Below, piece after piece: positions 51,102 through 61,067 of a stretch of 64,000 nucleotides of DNA. This stretch comes from Candidatus Eiseniibacteriota bacterium (lineage in GTDB: Bacteria > Eisenbacteria > RBG-16-71-46 > CAIMUX01 > VGJL01): assembly GCA_963792585.1 (NCBI GenBank), contig CAWBWI010000002.1, positions 256,001 to 320,000 of the forward strand, in the 5' to 3' direction. How positions within the stretch are numbered: the first letter of the stretch is position 1; each line of letters begins with the position of its first letter. The position numbers and the translations under genes are program-made. The notes beneath the pieces were generated by a model. The model worked only from the letters and a program-made list of their open reading frames with translations. It was not told where the DNA came from and searched no databases.

Positions 51102-51785
51102 ATGTCCAAGGGCGTCGCCTGGATCACGGGCGCTTCGTCCGGCATCGGGCGGGCGATCGCGGTGGAGTTGGCCGCCGCGGGGTGGCGCGTCGGCGTGGGC
51201 GCGCGCCGGGAGAACGCGCTCGCAGGTCTGGGAGAGGCCGCGGTTGGGCTGGATGTCTGCGACCGTGCTTCGGTCGCGCGTTGGGCTGCGGCCTTGCGGG
51301 GGCGGATTGGAGATCCCGACCTCGTTGTCAACGCCGCCGGCTGGGGAATCTTCGAAACGGTTCAGTCGACGAGCGACGAGGACTGGGATCGCACGATCGC
51401 AACGAACCTGACCGGCCTGTTCTATGTGACGCGAGAAACCCTTCCCTCGATGTTGGAGCGCGGTTCAGGGCATTTCGTGAACATCCTCTCGGTCGGCGCG
51501 CGTGTCGCGTTTCCCAAGAACGCCGCCTACAACGCCTCGAAATACGGCGCGCTCGGTTTCACGGAGGCGCTCCGCGCCGAGGCGCGCCGTCACGGCGTCC
51601 GTGTGACCTCCGTCCTGCCCGGGGCAACCGATACTCCATTCTGGAACCGGGTGGGCGGGGATTGGGATCGATCGAAGATGATGCCCCCGGCCGCCGTGGC
51701 CCGCGCCGTCCGAGAGGCGGCGGAGGCGGGACCCGAGTCCTTGGTCGAGGAAATCCGGATCGCACCGCCCTTGGGGAATCTCTAG
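51102..51785 (+). CDS. SDR oxidoreductase, candidate sepiapterin reductase
   Basis: TGASSGIG, YNASK, PGATDTPFW, VEEIRIAPPLGNL; follows PTPS-folE. Confidence 0.8.
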   Translation: MSKGVAWITGASSGIGRAIAVELAAAGWRVGVGARRENALAGLGEAAVGLDVCDRASVARWAAALRGRIGDPDLVVNAAGWGIFETVQSTSDEDWDRTIATNLTGLFYVTRETLPSMLERGSGHFVNILSVGARVAFPKNAAYNASKYGALGFTEALRAEARRHGVRVTSVLPGATDTPFWNRVGGDWDRSKMMPPAAVARAVREAAEAGPESLVEEIRIAPPLGNL

Positions 51786-51856
51786 GGGATGGACGCCCTC
51801 TCGATGCTCTCTCGCCTCTCGCGCTCCCGCGCGGAAAGAGTCATGAGAGCCGCATC

Positions 51857-52015
51857 ATGAGCCGGATCTCGATCCTCCGCGAGCTGTGGGACTTCCTGAG
51901 GGTGCGCAAGAAGTTCTGGCTGCTACCGGTGTTCCTCTTCCTGCTCGTCCTCGGAATCTTCATCGCCCTGTCATCGTCCAGCGCCCTTGCGCCGTTCATC
52001 TACGCCCTGTTCTAG
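51857..52015 (+). CDS. DUF5989-like small membrane protein (52 aa)
   Basis: ELWDFLRVRKKFWLLP...ALAPFIYALF signature. Confidence 0.85.
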   Translation: MSRISILRELWDFLRVRKKFWLLPVFLFLLVLGIFIALSSSSALAPFIYALF

Positions 52016-53094
52016 ACCTCGGGGAAGAAGAACCGCTTCAGACACTGGATGTTCTTTTCGTACGCATCCGGGTACATGAACCAGTTCGCGATTGCCACCG
52101 AGCTCAGGAGCGAGTTGCCGTCCTGTGGGGTGAAGGAGAACCCGACGACCTCGCTGCCTCCCTCGACCTTCCGGACCTGCAGCGTGGGGACGACGATGAC
52201 CGTCTGGCTGAGGATCCGGCCGTAGTGCCCGTGGTCGCGTCCGAATGAGAAGATCTCGTTGGCCGACTTCTTCTCGGTGAGGGCGATCCGGTCGTTCGCC
52301 CTGAACCGCTCCATGAGCTGGTCCATCGTGATTTGCTCGCGCAATCTGATGTTGAACCAGAGACAGTGCATGTACTGAGTCGGCAGCTTGATGGCCGAGG
52401 AGAAGATGCTCAACTTGTAACCGAGCGTCTCGAAGAGGTGGTAGGCGTCGCGGGCGTGGTGCGTGCCGAAGTCCTTGTCGTCGTGCTTGCCGACCTTGGG
52501 TGCGGGGATGAAGTCGTCGTCCTGGCTGATGTCGCTGGCACGCCGCATGAGTAGGAATTTCCCCTCGACGAGGTTCTTCGGGTCATCCTTCGGAAGGGCG
52601 ATCGTCTTGAGGAGCACGGAGACGTTGTGGGTATTGCAACTGACGACCTGGATGAATTGATCCTTTTCGGTCTGCAGGACGGAATCGTTGATTCCGCGGG
52701 CGTACATCTTGCCGAAGCCGAACTCGGAACCCTGCGCGACGAACCCCAGGGTCGTTCCCTTGTGGCGGTCGTAGAATTGAGCCTTGTTGGCGTGGCCGAC
52801 GCCGGAGGGCGTGCAATCGATCACGACGGCCGCTTGCTGGAGCGCCTCTTCCGACTCCCACGTCACCTTCAGGCCCTGCTCCTCGAACTTCTCGATCGCT
52901 CCTCTATCGGTGCAGAGCAGTGCCCCTCGGGCGAGTAGGTCGCGGACCTTCGCGCGCTCGGTGGTCAACGGTGTCCGCTTGTGGAAGCTCACCGTCTCGA
53001 CGCCGAGTTGCTTTCGGTAGTCGCAGAGCAGCCCGATGAGCGGCTCGCCGATCGTCCCGGTCCCCACAACGTGGACGTGTTTCGAGTTCTTCAT
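52012..53094 (-). CDS. Archaeal-type (class II) glyceraldehyde-3-phosphate dehydrogenase-like protein
   Basis: VVGTGTIG, VIDCTPSGVG, VVSCNTH catalytic Cys, LMRRASD, THHARD. Confidence 0.65.
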   Translation of the reverse strand: MKNSKHVHVVGTGTIGEPLIGLLCDYRKQLGVETVSFHKRTPLTTERAKVRDLLARGALLCTDRGAIEKFEEQGLKVTWESEEALQQAAVVIDCTPSGVGHANKAQFYDRHKGTTLGFVAQGSEFGFGKMYARGINDSVLQTEKDQFIQVVSCNTHNVSVLLKTIALPKDDPKNLVEGKFLLMRRASDISQDDDFIPAPKVGKHDDKDFGTHHARDAYHLFETLGYKLSIFSSAIKLPTQYMHCLWFNIRLREQITMDQLMERFRANDRIALTEKKSANEIFSFGRDHGHYGRILSQTVIVVPTLQVRKVEGGSEVVGFSFTPQDGNSLLSSVAIANWFMYPDAYEKNIQCLKRFFFPEV

Positions 53095-53392
53095 GTCCCG
53101 AATCCTGTTCCTCCGCCGCCCATCGGCGCGGGTTTGGAGTCCATGGCCCGTCCCGACAACCGGGACTGCGGTCCTCCTCGACGCTCGGTCCCGCCGGGAC
53201 CTGCTCGCTCGGCGCCAACAGTAGGAAGGTCGATCGATTCCGTCAACCGCGTGGAGTCCCTGATTCCGGGGGGCTCGAGCGGGGGGTGCGTGCTAGATTT
53301 TCAACGATTCGGCAAGGAGGTGACTGGATGGCAGATTCGGATCGGATGAATTCGCGCGCTGACCGCGAGTTCTTCGCCGGCTCTCTCGCGCC

Positions 53393-55216
53393 TTGAGCGT
53401 ACGAATCCACCGCGCCGTCATTCCGGCGCTCGCTGTCGCGGCGCCCTTGGCGGTCTATGTCGCCACCGCCGCGAGGGATCTGGGAGCCATCGACAGTGGG
53501 GAGTTGGCCGTCGTCTGTCGGAACCTCGGAATCGCCCATCCGACAGGCTACCCTCTCTACACCCTGATCGGGCGGCTCGCTGCGTTGGGTCTCCCGGGGG
53601 CGACTCCGATTGCGCGTTTGAATCTTCTCTCGGCGCTCTGCGCGGGCGTCGCGTGCCTGTTTGGTTTCCTGCTGTTTCGTTCGATCATCGACAAGATGCG
53701 CCCGCGCGCCGGTGGGGCTTCCGGGGATCTCCTCGCGCTGGGCGCTACCTGGCTCTGGGGGGTTCATCCCGCTCTTTGGTCGCAGGCGGTCTCGAACGAA
53801 GTGCACGGCTTGCAGGCGGCCCTCCTCGCGTGCCTTCTCTGGCTGGCGACCGCCGACCCCGGACGCGATTCCTTTCGCTGGAGGATCTTGACCGCCTATC
53901 TGCTCGGCCTGGCGTTCGCCAATCACATGAGCGCGATCTACATCGTCCCCGCGCTGGCGGCCGGGGCGATCGCCGAGCCGCTCGACCGTGCATGGCTTCA
54001 TGATCGCCGCCGTCTGCTCCTTCTTGCGGCGGCGTTCCTCATCCCCCTGGGGCTCTATGCCTATCTGCCTCTGCGCAGCCTGCGCGAACCTCTTCTGGAC
54101 TGGGGCAATCCGACTTCCGGATCGCGCTTCCTGAGGCACGTGGGGGGAGCCCAGTACCGTGTGTGGATGTTCGCCTCCAGCGTTTCGTTTCGGGCGAATC
54201 TGCTTGGGTTCTTTCGGGAATGGGGGACTCCCATCGGCTGGATCCCGGTTGCGGCCGCCCTCGCGGGCGGGGTCGCGCTCGCGCGCCGGAACCGCCCAAC
54301 ATGCATCCGTCTCGCGCTCGGTTGTCTCATCGGGGTAGTGTGGGCCTCCGGTTATGACATCCATGACCTCGAGCCGTACTACGCGACCGCGCGCCTGAGC
54401 TTGGCCGGACTTGCCGTGGCCGGCGCCGCGATCCTCCTTCCGGGACGCGCCGCATCGCTCGCTCGCCGGTCGCTCCTGCTCGTTCCCCTCGCGACAGCCG
54501 TCGTGCTCGGGGCGGTCCGTTGGGAAACGCAATCCCGCCGAGACGATCGGTTCGTCCGGCTCTACGCGCAAACGCTCCTCGAACAGCTTCCGCCCAACGC
54601 CATCCTGATCTCGCGTCACTGGGACGTGGTGGTCTCACCGATCCTCTATCTGCAACAGGTCGAGGGCAGGCGGACCGACGTCACGGTCGTCGACACCGAA
54701 CTCCTGCGACGGAGCTGGTACTTTCCGCAGCTCCGCCGAACCGATCCGCGCCTGCTCGCGCCGGTCGAGGATCGGGTCACCCCCTTCCTCGAGGATCTCC
54801 GGCTCTTCGAAGAGCATCGTCCCTACGACCCGCGGAAGATTGAAGAGCACTACCGCTCGTTGATCTCGGGCATCTTCGTCGCTCACAGGATGGATCGGCC
54901 GATCTTCCACACGCCCGAGATCGAGCCGACCTTCTACGGAGAATGGGTGGGGGTGCCCGAGGCGCAAGTCATTCACCTCGTCCCGGATCCCCGGATGGCC
55001 CCACCCGCCGTGCCCCTGGATCCTGCGCCCTGGGCCGTGCAGGCACGCTTCGCCCGCGAACCGATCCGTCGCCAGGCCTGGGAATTCCCGATCGACCTGG
55101 CCCGTTCCCGTATCCGGTTTCTCCGGTTGTTCGATCGAACCGACGAAGCCGCATACTGGGAAGAGATGCTGGGGCGATTCGAGGCGATCCGCCTTCCCAA
55201 GGAGGACAACCCGTGA
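53393..55216 (+). CDS. DUF2723/TMEM260-family membrane protein (putative protein O-mannosyltransferase-like)
   Basis: DSGEL, LGIAHPTGYPLYTL, WSQAVSNEVH, YLPLRS, DWGNP, YLQQVEGRRTDV. Start uncertain. Confidence 0.8.
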   Translation: MSVRIHRAVIPALAVAAPLAVYVATAARDLGAIDSGELAVVCRNLGIAHPTGYPLYTLIGRLAALGLPGATPIARLNLLSALCAGVACLFGFLLFRSIIDKMRPRAGGASGDLLALGATWLWGVHPALWSQAVSNEVHGLQAALLACLLWLATADPGRDSFRWRILTAYLLGLAFANHMSAIYIVPALAAGAIAEPLDRAWLHDRRRLLLLAAAFLIPLGLYAYLPLRSLREPLLDWGNPTSGSRFLRHVGGAQYRVWMFASSVSFRANLLGFFREWGTPIGWIPVAAALAGGVALARRNRPTCIRLALGCLIGVVWASGYDIHDLEPYYATARLSLAGLAVAGAAILLPGRAASLARRSLLLVPLATAVVLGAVRWETQSRRDDRFVRLYAQTLLEQLPPNAILISRHWDVVVSPILYLQQVEGRRTDVTVVDTELLRRSWYFPQLRRTDPRLLAPVEDRVTPFLEDLRLFEEHRPYDPRKIEEHYRSLISGIFVAHRMDRPIFHTPEIEPTFYGEWVGVPEAQVIHLVPDPRMAPPAVPLDPAPWAVQARFAREPIRRQAWEFPIDLARSRIRFLRLFDRTDEAAYWEEMLGRFEAIRLPKEDNP

Positions 55217-55827
55217 GCTGGATCGATATCACGCGCGTGATCGATGCGACGACGCCGATCTATCCGGGGGACCCTCCTCCGCGGATCCGGACGCGAACCG
55301 ACAGGGCGGGGATCACCATGACCCGTCTCGAATTCCTCACCCACACGGGGACGCACCTCGATCTGCCGGGTCATCTGTTCGCCGGCGCCGCGCCCCCGGG
55401 CGACGCGACGATCCTCCGCGCATTGCTCGGCCGTGCCTGGGTCGCCCGCCCCCGCGGCGTTCGGCGTGCGGAGATCACCGTCGAGGATCTCCGCGCGGTC
55501 CTGCCCCGGCGATGTCCGCGCCGTCTGCTCCTGCGCGCCGGCCGGGATCGCGGGCTCGCGCTCGATGCCGCCCGCTGGATCGCGAAACGATCTCTTCTGG
55601 TCGGCACGGACGGCCTCTCGATCGATCCCGCAGGCGGAGGACTCGACGCGCACCGCATCTTGCTCGACTCCGGGGTGCTGATCCTCGAGAATCTTCGGCT
55701 GGATGATGCCGCTCCGGGTTCGTATCATCTCGTGTCACTGCCGTTGAGACTGAGTGTCGATGATGGCGCGCCGGTTCGGGCCTTGCTTCGGCGCGAAGGC
55801 CGAGCGGCCACGGGAGGTCGAGGATGA
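55213..55827 (+). CDS. Cyclase family / kynurenine formamidase-like metallohydrolase
   Basis: YPGDP, HTGTHLDLPGH, GTDGLSID, ILENL, DGAPVRA. Confidence 0.85.
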   Translation: MSWIDITRVIDATTPIYPGDPPPRIRTRTDRAGITMTRLEFLTHTGTHLDLPGHLFAGAAPPGDATILRALLGRAWVARPRGVRRAEITVEDLRAVLPRRCPRRLLLRAGRDRGLALDAARWIAKRSLLVGTDGLSIDPAGGGLDAHRILLDSGVLILENLRLDDAAPGSYHLVSLPLRLSVDDGAPVRALLRREGRAATGGRG

Positions 55828-56579
55828 GACATCGATGGCCGCGAATCGCCGGGCTCCTGCTGCCCATGCTCCTGCTCTCTTGCGGAGGGGACGGCACGAA
55901 GCCGCCCGACGACGAGCCGGGCACCCCGATCACGGTGCCGCTCCAAACGGGGAACCGCTGGACCTACGATGTCTCCGTCTCCGTTGACGGAGGCGCGCCG
56001 GATACCTGGACCCAGGTCGATTCCATCGTCGGCGTCGCAACGGTGGAGGGGCTTACGTACTGGATGATCCAAAGCCGGTCGGGGGACGAGGAGCCGGACA
56101 CCTCCTATGTTCGACAGTCCGGCCAGGTCGTACAGATCCGGCCGGGGGGGCTTCCATCCGGAGGCAGCTCGCCGATTCTCGCGTGGACCTCCCGCCAGCT
56201 TCGAGAGAGCCTTCCATGGGAGGTTGCCGACTTCACCTCGACGAAGGGCGAAATCGAATCGTTCGAGGCCGACACGAGCTTCGCCTCGGAGAACTTGAGG
56301 CTCCGCCTGCAGATCAGCAGCGCGAACCTCGGGCGGACGAGTCTCGAGGTTCCTGCCGGCTCCTTCACGGATGTCTACAAGGGAAGGCTGACCCAGCTGG
56401 TCGTGGGGAGCCAGGGTTCGATCCCCGTTCTGAGCCTGACCACCACCCTCGATATCTTCGTCAAGGACGGCGTGGGCGTGATCAAGCAGTCGACGGTCGA
56501 ACGGATCGAGCAGTCCGGAACGGATCCTCTCGTAACGACCACCACCACTTCGCTGCGGTCCAGCCGCCTGGGCTCGTAG
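55824..56579 (+). CDS. Hypothetical lipoprotein
   Basis: Lipobox LLS-C; PLQTGNRWTY, VPAGSF and FVKDGVGVIK motifs typical of an FCB beta-rich lipoprotein family. Confidence 0.7.
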   Translation: MRHRWPRIAGLLLPMLLLSCGGDGTKPPDDEPGTPITVPLQTGNRWTYDVSVSVDGGAPDTWTQVDSIVGVATVEGLTYWMIQSRSGDEEPDTSYVRQSGQVVQIRPGGLPSGGSSPILAWTSRQLRESLPWEVADFTSTKGEIESFEADTSFASENLRLRLQISSANLGRTSLEVPAGSFTDVYKGRLTQLVVGSQGSIPVLSLTTTLDIFVKDGVGVIKQSTVERIEQSGTDPLVTTTTTSLRSSRLGS

Positions 56580-56603
56580 GGCGCGGCGCCAAGAGGATCC
56601 GCG

Positions 56604-57146
56604 ATGAACGACGCCTGTGCTGGATCCGATCGACTCCTGTCGATTGGACGCACCCTCTTCGCCTTGCGGCACGTGCTCCGGGCGTCGGCGGACGCCCAAC
56701 TCGCGCTCCAGTACCTCTTCTTCCATGCCGACGTGAACGATCCGCAGGTCACCCCGTTGCTGGAACAGCATGGGGTGACCGTGGGGGAGGCGCCAGCGCT
56801 CGAGAACTACGTCTGCGGACGCTTGCGCCCGTGGATGCGGCGGATCGGCATGGGAGAGACGCGTGCCTCTGCCTGGGCGCAATCGGCATTACGGGACCTT
56901 CGCGCGACCGTGGCGAGTTCTCCCGAGATCGAGGCCTGGGCACTCGGCGTCCTCGCCGAGGAGATCGGTAATAGCGGAGCCGGACGCAACGAATCGTGGC
57001 GCATCGCCCTCGCTGAGGGGCGCCCTCCGGGTCCCGAGGCGGACCGGCTCATCGGAGCGATCGGGATTCTCCAAGAGTGCTGTGGCGTGACCATCTCCAC
57101 CGCAGCGACGACCCCCTGGGAGATCGAGAAAGGAGCCGTGAGATGA
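56604..57146 (+). CDS. Hypothetical protein
   Basis: AGAGGA RBS; fills an operon gap; stop overlaps the next start. Confidence 0.55.
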   Translation: MNDACAGSDRLLSIGRTLFALRHVLRASADAQLALQYLFFHADVNDPQVTPLLEQHGVTVGEAPALENYVCGRLRPWMRRIGMGETRASAWAQSALRDLRATVASSPEIEAWALGVLAEEIGNSGAGRNESWRIALAEGRPPGPEADRLIGAIGILQECCGVTISTAATTPWEIEKGAVR

Positions 57147-57835
57147 ATGGTGGGCACGTCGTCGTGGTGGGCGCCACCGGCGGTGCGGGGCCCTCCGTCG
57201 TCCGGGAATTGGCGGATGGGGGTTTCCGCGTGACCTTCACAGGCAGGAGCGCCGAGACCGTGGCGCGCGTCCAGTCGATGGTCCCGTCCGCAACCGGTCG
57301 GATCCTCGACGGGATGGACGTCGCGGCAACCAGGACCTTCCTCGAAGAAGCGGACGCGCTCGCAGATCTCGCCGCCTACGTCCATATCGCGGGTGGTTGG
57401 GCGGGCGGGCGGGGGATCGAAGATCTGACATCCGAGGATTGGGTCTCGATGCTCGACAGAAACTTCACCACGCTCCGCAATGGCGCTGCCGCGGCCCTCG
57501 GCCTGATGCGCCGTAGGGGTGGGGGCTCGATCGTCACATTCGGATCGCTCGCCGCGTTCGCCGGGGGAGCGCAGTCCGCGCCTTACGCGGTATCGAAGGC
57601 CGCGGTCGTCGCATTCACCCGTTGTCTCGCCGAGGAAGGGAAGCAGTATGGAGTCCGGGCGAACTGCATCGTTCCGGGCACGATCGACACCGAGGGGAAC
57701 CGTGCAGCAATGCCGAAGGCGGACCGAACGGGCTGGATCGCGCCGGAACGGATCGCCCGAGCGATTCGCTACCTCTGCGGTCCCGACTCCGTCGATGTCA
57801 GCGGGTCGACGATCCTGATGAAGGGCAAGGCTTAG
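57143..57835 (+). CDS. SDR oxidoreductase
   Basis: VGATGGAG, YAVSK, RANCIVPGTIDTEGNR. Confidence 0.88.
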   Translation: MNGGHVVVVGATGGAGPSVVRELADGGFRVTFTGRSAETVARVQSMVPSATGRILDGMDVAATRTFLEEADALADLAAYVHIAGGWAGGRGIEDLTSEDWVSMLDRNFTTLRNGAAAALGLMRRRGGGSIVTFGSLAAFAGGAQSAPYAVSKAAVVAFTRCLAEEGKQYGVRANCIVPGTIDTEGNRAAMPKADRTGWIAPERIARAIRYLCGPDSVDVSGSTILMKGKA

Positions 57836-57934
57836 CCGCCCCGATCCTGCGCCGGGAAACGTCGAAGCGGCCCGGCCTCGGGAAGATCGAGCATCTTCCC
57901 CCGGCCGGACCGCCTCTTCGGAGTTCTGCGTCGG

Positions 57935-58204
57935 TTAGGAACCGAAGAAGAAGGTCGTTTCCTTGCGCTGCTGTTCCTCGGCGGGTTTCTCGGGCGCCTC
58001 GTATACGACCTTGGAGAGTCCCTTCTCGATCCGTCTGAGGGCGAGCATCGTGACCTTCTCCGGAAGCGCGGCGCCGCGATGTCGATAGAGATCGTTCAGG
58101 CGCTCCGCCTCCTTTGCGGCGGCAACCACCAGCTCGTACTTGGAGCGGATGCCGTCGGGGAGTTTCCGGCCCAGGCCCCTCGGCCGCATGATATCGTCGA
58201 CCAT
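57935..58204 (-). CDS. rpoZ: RNA polymerase omega subunit
   Basis: 89 aa; SKYELVVAAAKEAERLN...KVTMLALRRI; AAGGAGG RBS. Confidence 0.7.
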   Translation of the reverse strand: MVDDIMRPRGLGRKLPDGIRSKYELVVAAAKEAERLNDLYRHRGAALPEKVTMLALRRIEKGLSKVVYEAPEKPAEEQQRKETTFFFGS

Positions 58205-58216
58205 CCAGGTTCCTCC

Positions 58217-59756
58217 TTACGATTTGGGAACGCGCAGCGCCAGGAACACGTTCGCGTCCTGTCTGCGCACCTTCAACAGAATCGTCTTGCCCTGCGCGAC
58301 CTTCTCGATCTGCGACTTGAGCCCCGACAGAGTGCTGACGGGCTGGCGGCCGGCCTCCAGCACGACATCCCCCTCACGCAGGCCCGAATCCGCCGCGGGG
58401 GAGCCAGGTTCGACACTGGTGACGACGAGACCCGTCACATCGGCGTCGAGTTGGAGTTCGGCGCGCGCATTGGCATCGATACGGACGGCATCGAATCCGA
58501 GTTCGCCGAGATCGCTCGAGTCGTCGGACCCGCCGTTACGCACGTTGCCGGCGAGTTCCTCATCCCCAGGCAACTCGCCCAGCTTGACCCGAACGTGCTT
58601 GCGATCGCCTCCGTGGAGGACGGTGAGGGAGACCGATGTGCCGGGCGCCATCTCGCCGACCTGAAGACGCAAGTCGGCCGAATCACGAAGCGGCGCGCCG
58701 TTGAGCTCTAGAATTAGGTCTCCCGGTTCGATGCCCGCGTCCTCGGCGGGACTTCCGTCGGCCACGCTGTTGACGAGGGCGCCCTGCGGCCGATCGAGAC
58801 CGTAGTTGTCGGCCATGGCGGCGTGACGCCCTGGATCGTGACACCGATCCAGCCGCGCACGACCTTCCCGGTCTTGCACCAGGCTATCCATGATCTTGCC
58901 GGCCATGTTGATCGGAATCGCGAAGCCGACGCCCTGATAGCCGCCGCTCCGGGATGGCGATCGCCGTGTTGATCCCCACGACCTCGCCCTCCAGATCGAC
59001 CAGCGCGCCCACCCGAGTTGCCGGGGTTGATCGCCGCGTCGGTCTGGATGAAGTTCTCATAGTCCTCGAGACCGACGCTACTCCGCCCCTTGGCGCTCAC
59101 GATCCCGGCCGTGACGGTCTGGGTCAGCTCGAACGGGTTCCCGATCGCGAGGACCCACTCGCCCACCTGCAGATCGTCGGAGTCGCCGAGAGTGGCCGCC
59201 GGCAGCCTATCAGCATCGATCTTCACCACCGCGATATCGGTCTTCGGATCGCGTGCCGACCACTTCGGCGTCGAAGCTCCGTCCGTCGGCGAGAGTGACC
59301 TTGACCCGGTCGGCCCCCGCCACGACATGGTTGTTCGTGAGGACCCGACCATCGGCACTCACGATGACTCCCGATCCCATCCCCCGCACCGGCGCCTGAT
59401 CCGGCATCTGGAAGAAATGATCGAAGAGCTGCGGCGGGATCATCCCATTGAATGGGTTCTGCGATCCGCGGGATCGACCAGACGCGAGCTTCCGTTCGCT
59501 GTATATCGTGACGATCGACGGCGACACCTCGCGCGCCACCGCGGTGAACGCATGGCTGAGTGCCATCGCGCCATCGATCCCCTTTTGTTCTTCCGATGAC
59601 CTCTCGGCGCGGGCGATCGACTCGTCGAGAGAGAGCTTCGCAGTCTGATTCGCCCCGGATCCCCAGCGGAAGTTGACCTCCATCGGCCGTGCCATCCATG
59701 CGAGGCCCGCCCCGATCGCCAGGGACAACGTCAGCAATCGCGATCCACCGCTTCAT
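58217..59756 (-). CDS. HtrA/DegP-DegQ serine protease with two PDZ domains; several frameshifts
   Basis: [46 protein letters not shown] and two PDZ domains spread over about 6 frame changes. Confidence 0.9.
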
Positions 59757-59895
59757 CTGGTGTTGCCTCCTTCCTATCGATCCAGGGATGCTGTCGAATG
59801 TGTGTGAGGGGCATCCCCTGAACGGGATGGAGAACCCGAGAACCCGGCAAATGTTCCAGTCTACCGCCCGCGAGCATGCGGGGCAAGGAAGGAGG

Positions 59896-61033
59896 TTGCG
59901 CTGAACCAGCCGCCCGGCCCGGGAACCAAACCGCAGAACCCGGGTCGCCGTCGCCGCCGTCGTCGAAGACGGCCAGATCCTTATAGCACACCGATTTCCG
60001 GACGCTCATCTGCCGGACCTCTGGGAGTTCCCCGGGGGGAAGATCGATCCCGGGGAGGAGCCCTGCCGCGTGCGCGGTCCGGGAGGTGGCGGAGGAACTG
60101 GGGATCGAGATCGAGATCCTCGGGTTGCTGCTCCGCCGTCCCTACGACTACGCCGACCGGAACGTCGACCTCTGGTTCTACGTCGCCCGGCGGCTGTCCG
60201 GCGACCCGGTGGCGATCGGCTGTTCGGAGTGGCGCTGGGTGAGGCCGGAGGAACTGAGTGCCTACCGGTTGCCGGACGCGAGCGAGCCGGTCCTCTCGGC
60301 GTTGCGGAACGGGGGCTGGCTCGGGGCCGAGGGGGGCGAGGCGCGGGAGCGTCTGGCCACCATCCTCTGCAAGCGTCCGCTCTCTCCCGGCGTGACCGAG
60401 GTCGTCGTGCGCCCGGAGGATCCGCTGGGCGAGACCTTCCTCGCCGGCCAGTACTGGGTCCTTTCCCCGTCGCCGGAGGAGCGGGCGGCGTTCTCGATCG
60501 CCACGCCTCCCATGCGGAGGAACGAGATCGGGTTCTGCATTCGGGGGGGGTGGGGCGACGGGGTCGCTGATACGATCGTCCGGATGGACCCCGGCGACCC
60601 GATCCGCTATACAGGTCCCCACGGCGGATTCACCCTGCGCGCCGGATCGGCGCGCGACCCGATCTTCATCGGAATGAGCACCGGGATCGCGCCCCTGCAC
60701 TCCATGATCCTCGAGTTGATCGCCAGGAAGAGCGAGCGACGGATCGACTTGATATTCGGAGCGCGCACGCTCGAGGACCTCCTCTACGGAGACGAGTTCC
60801 GGCGACTCGCGGCCGACGATCCCGCCTTCCACTACCATCCCTGCCTCACACGTCCGCCCGCGCGGGGCTGGAGTGGCGGCGTCGGGCGGGTCACGGACCT
60901 GATCGGGTCCGTTCTCGGCGATGCGCGCGGGCGGGAAGCGTATCTCTGCGGGAGTTCCGAGATGGTTGCCGCGTCGATCGAGCAACTCGTCGCGATCGGA
61001 ATCGACCGTTCCCTTTGCTTCCGTGAGGAGTAG
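59896..61033 (+). CDS. MutT-like NUDIX hydrolase fused to a ferredoxin-NADP-reductase-like FAD/NAD-binding domain; frameshift near 60063
   Basis: WEFPGGKIDPGEEP/AACAVREVAEELG NUDIX box; then AGQY, FSIAT, GPHGGF, STGIAP, FGAR and YLCG in one frame. Start not resolved. Confidence 0.7.
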
Positions 61034-61067
61034 GGATAGACTTCCGGGACCCGAAGAGGAACCGGCG

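Noticed and set aside
61034..61067. preQ1 riboswitch before queE
   Set aside because: Spacer is only 34 nt and lacks the stem plus A-rich tail.
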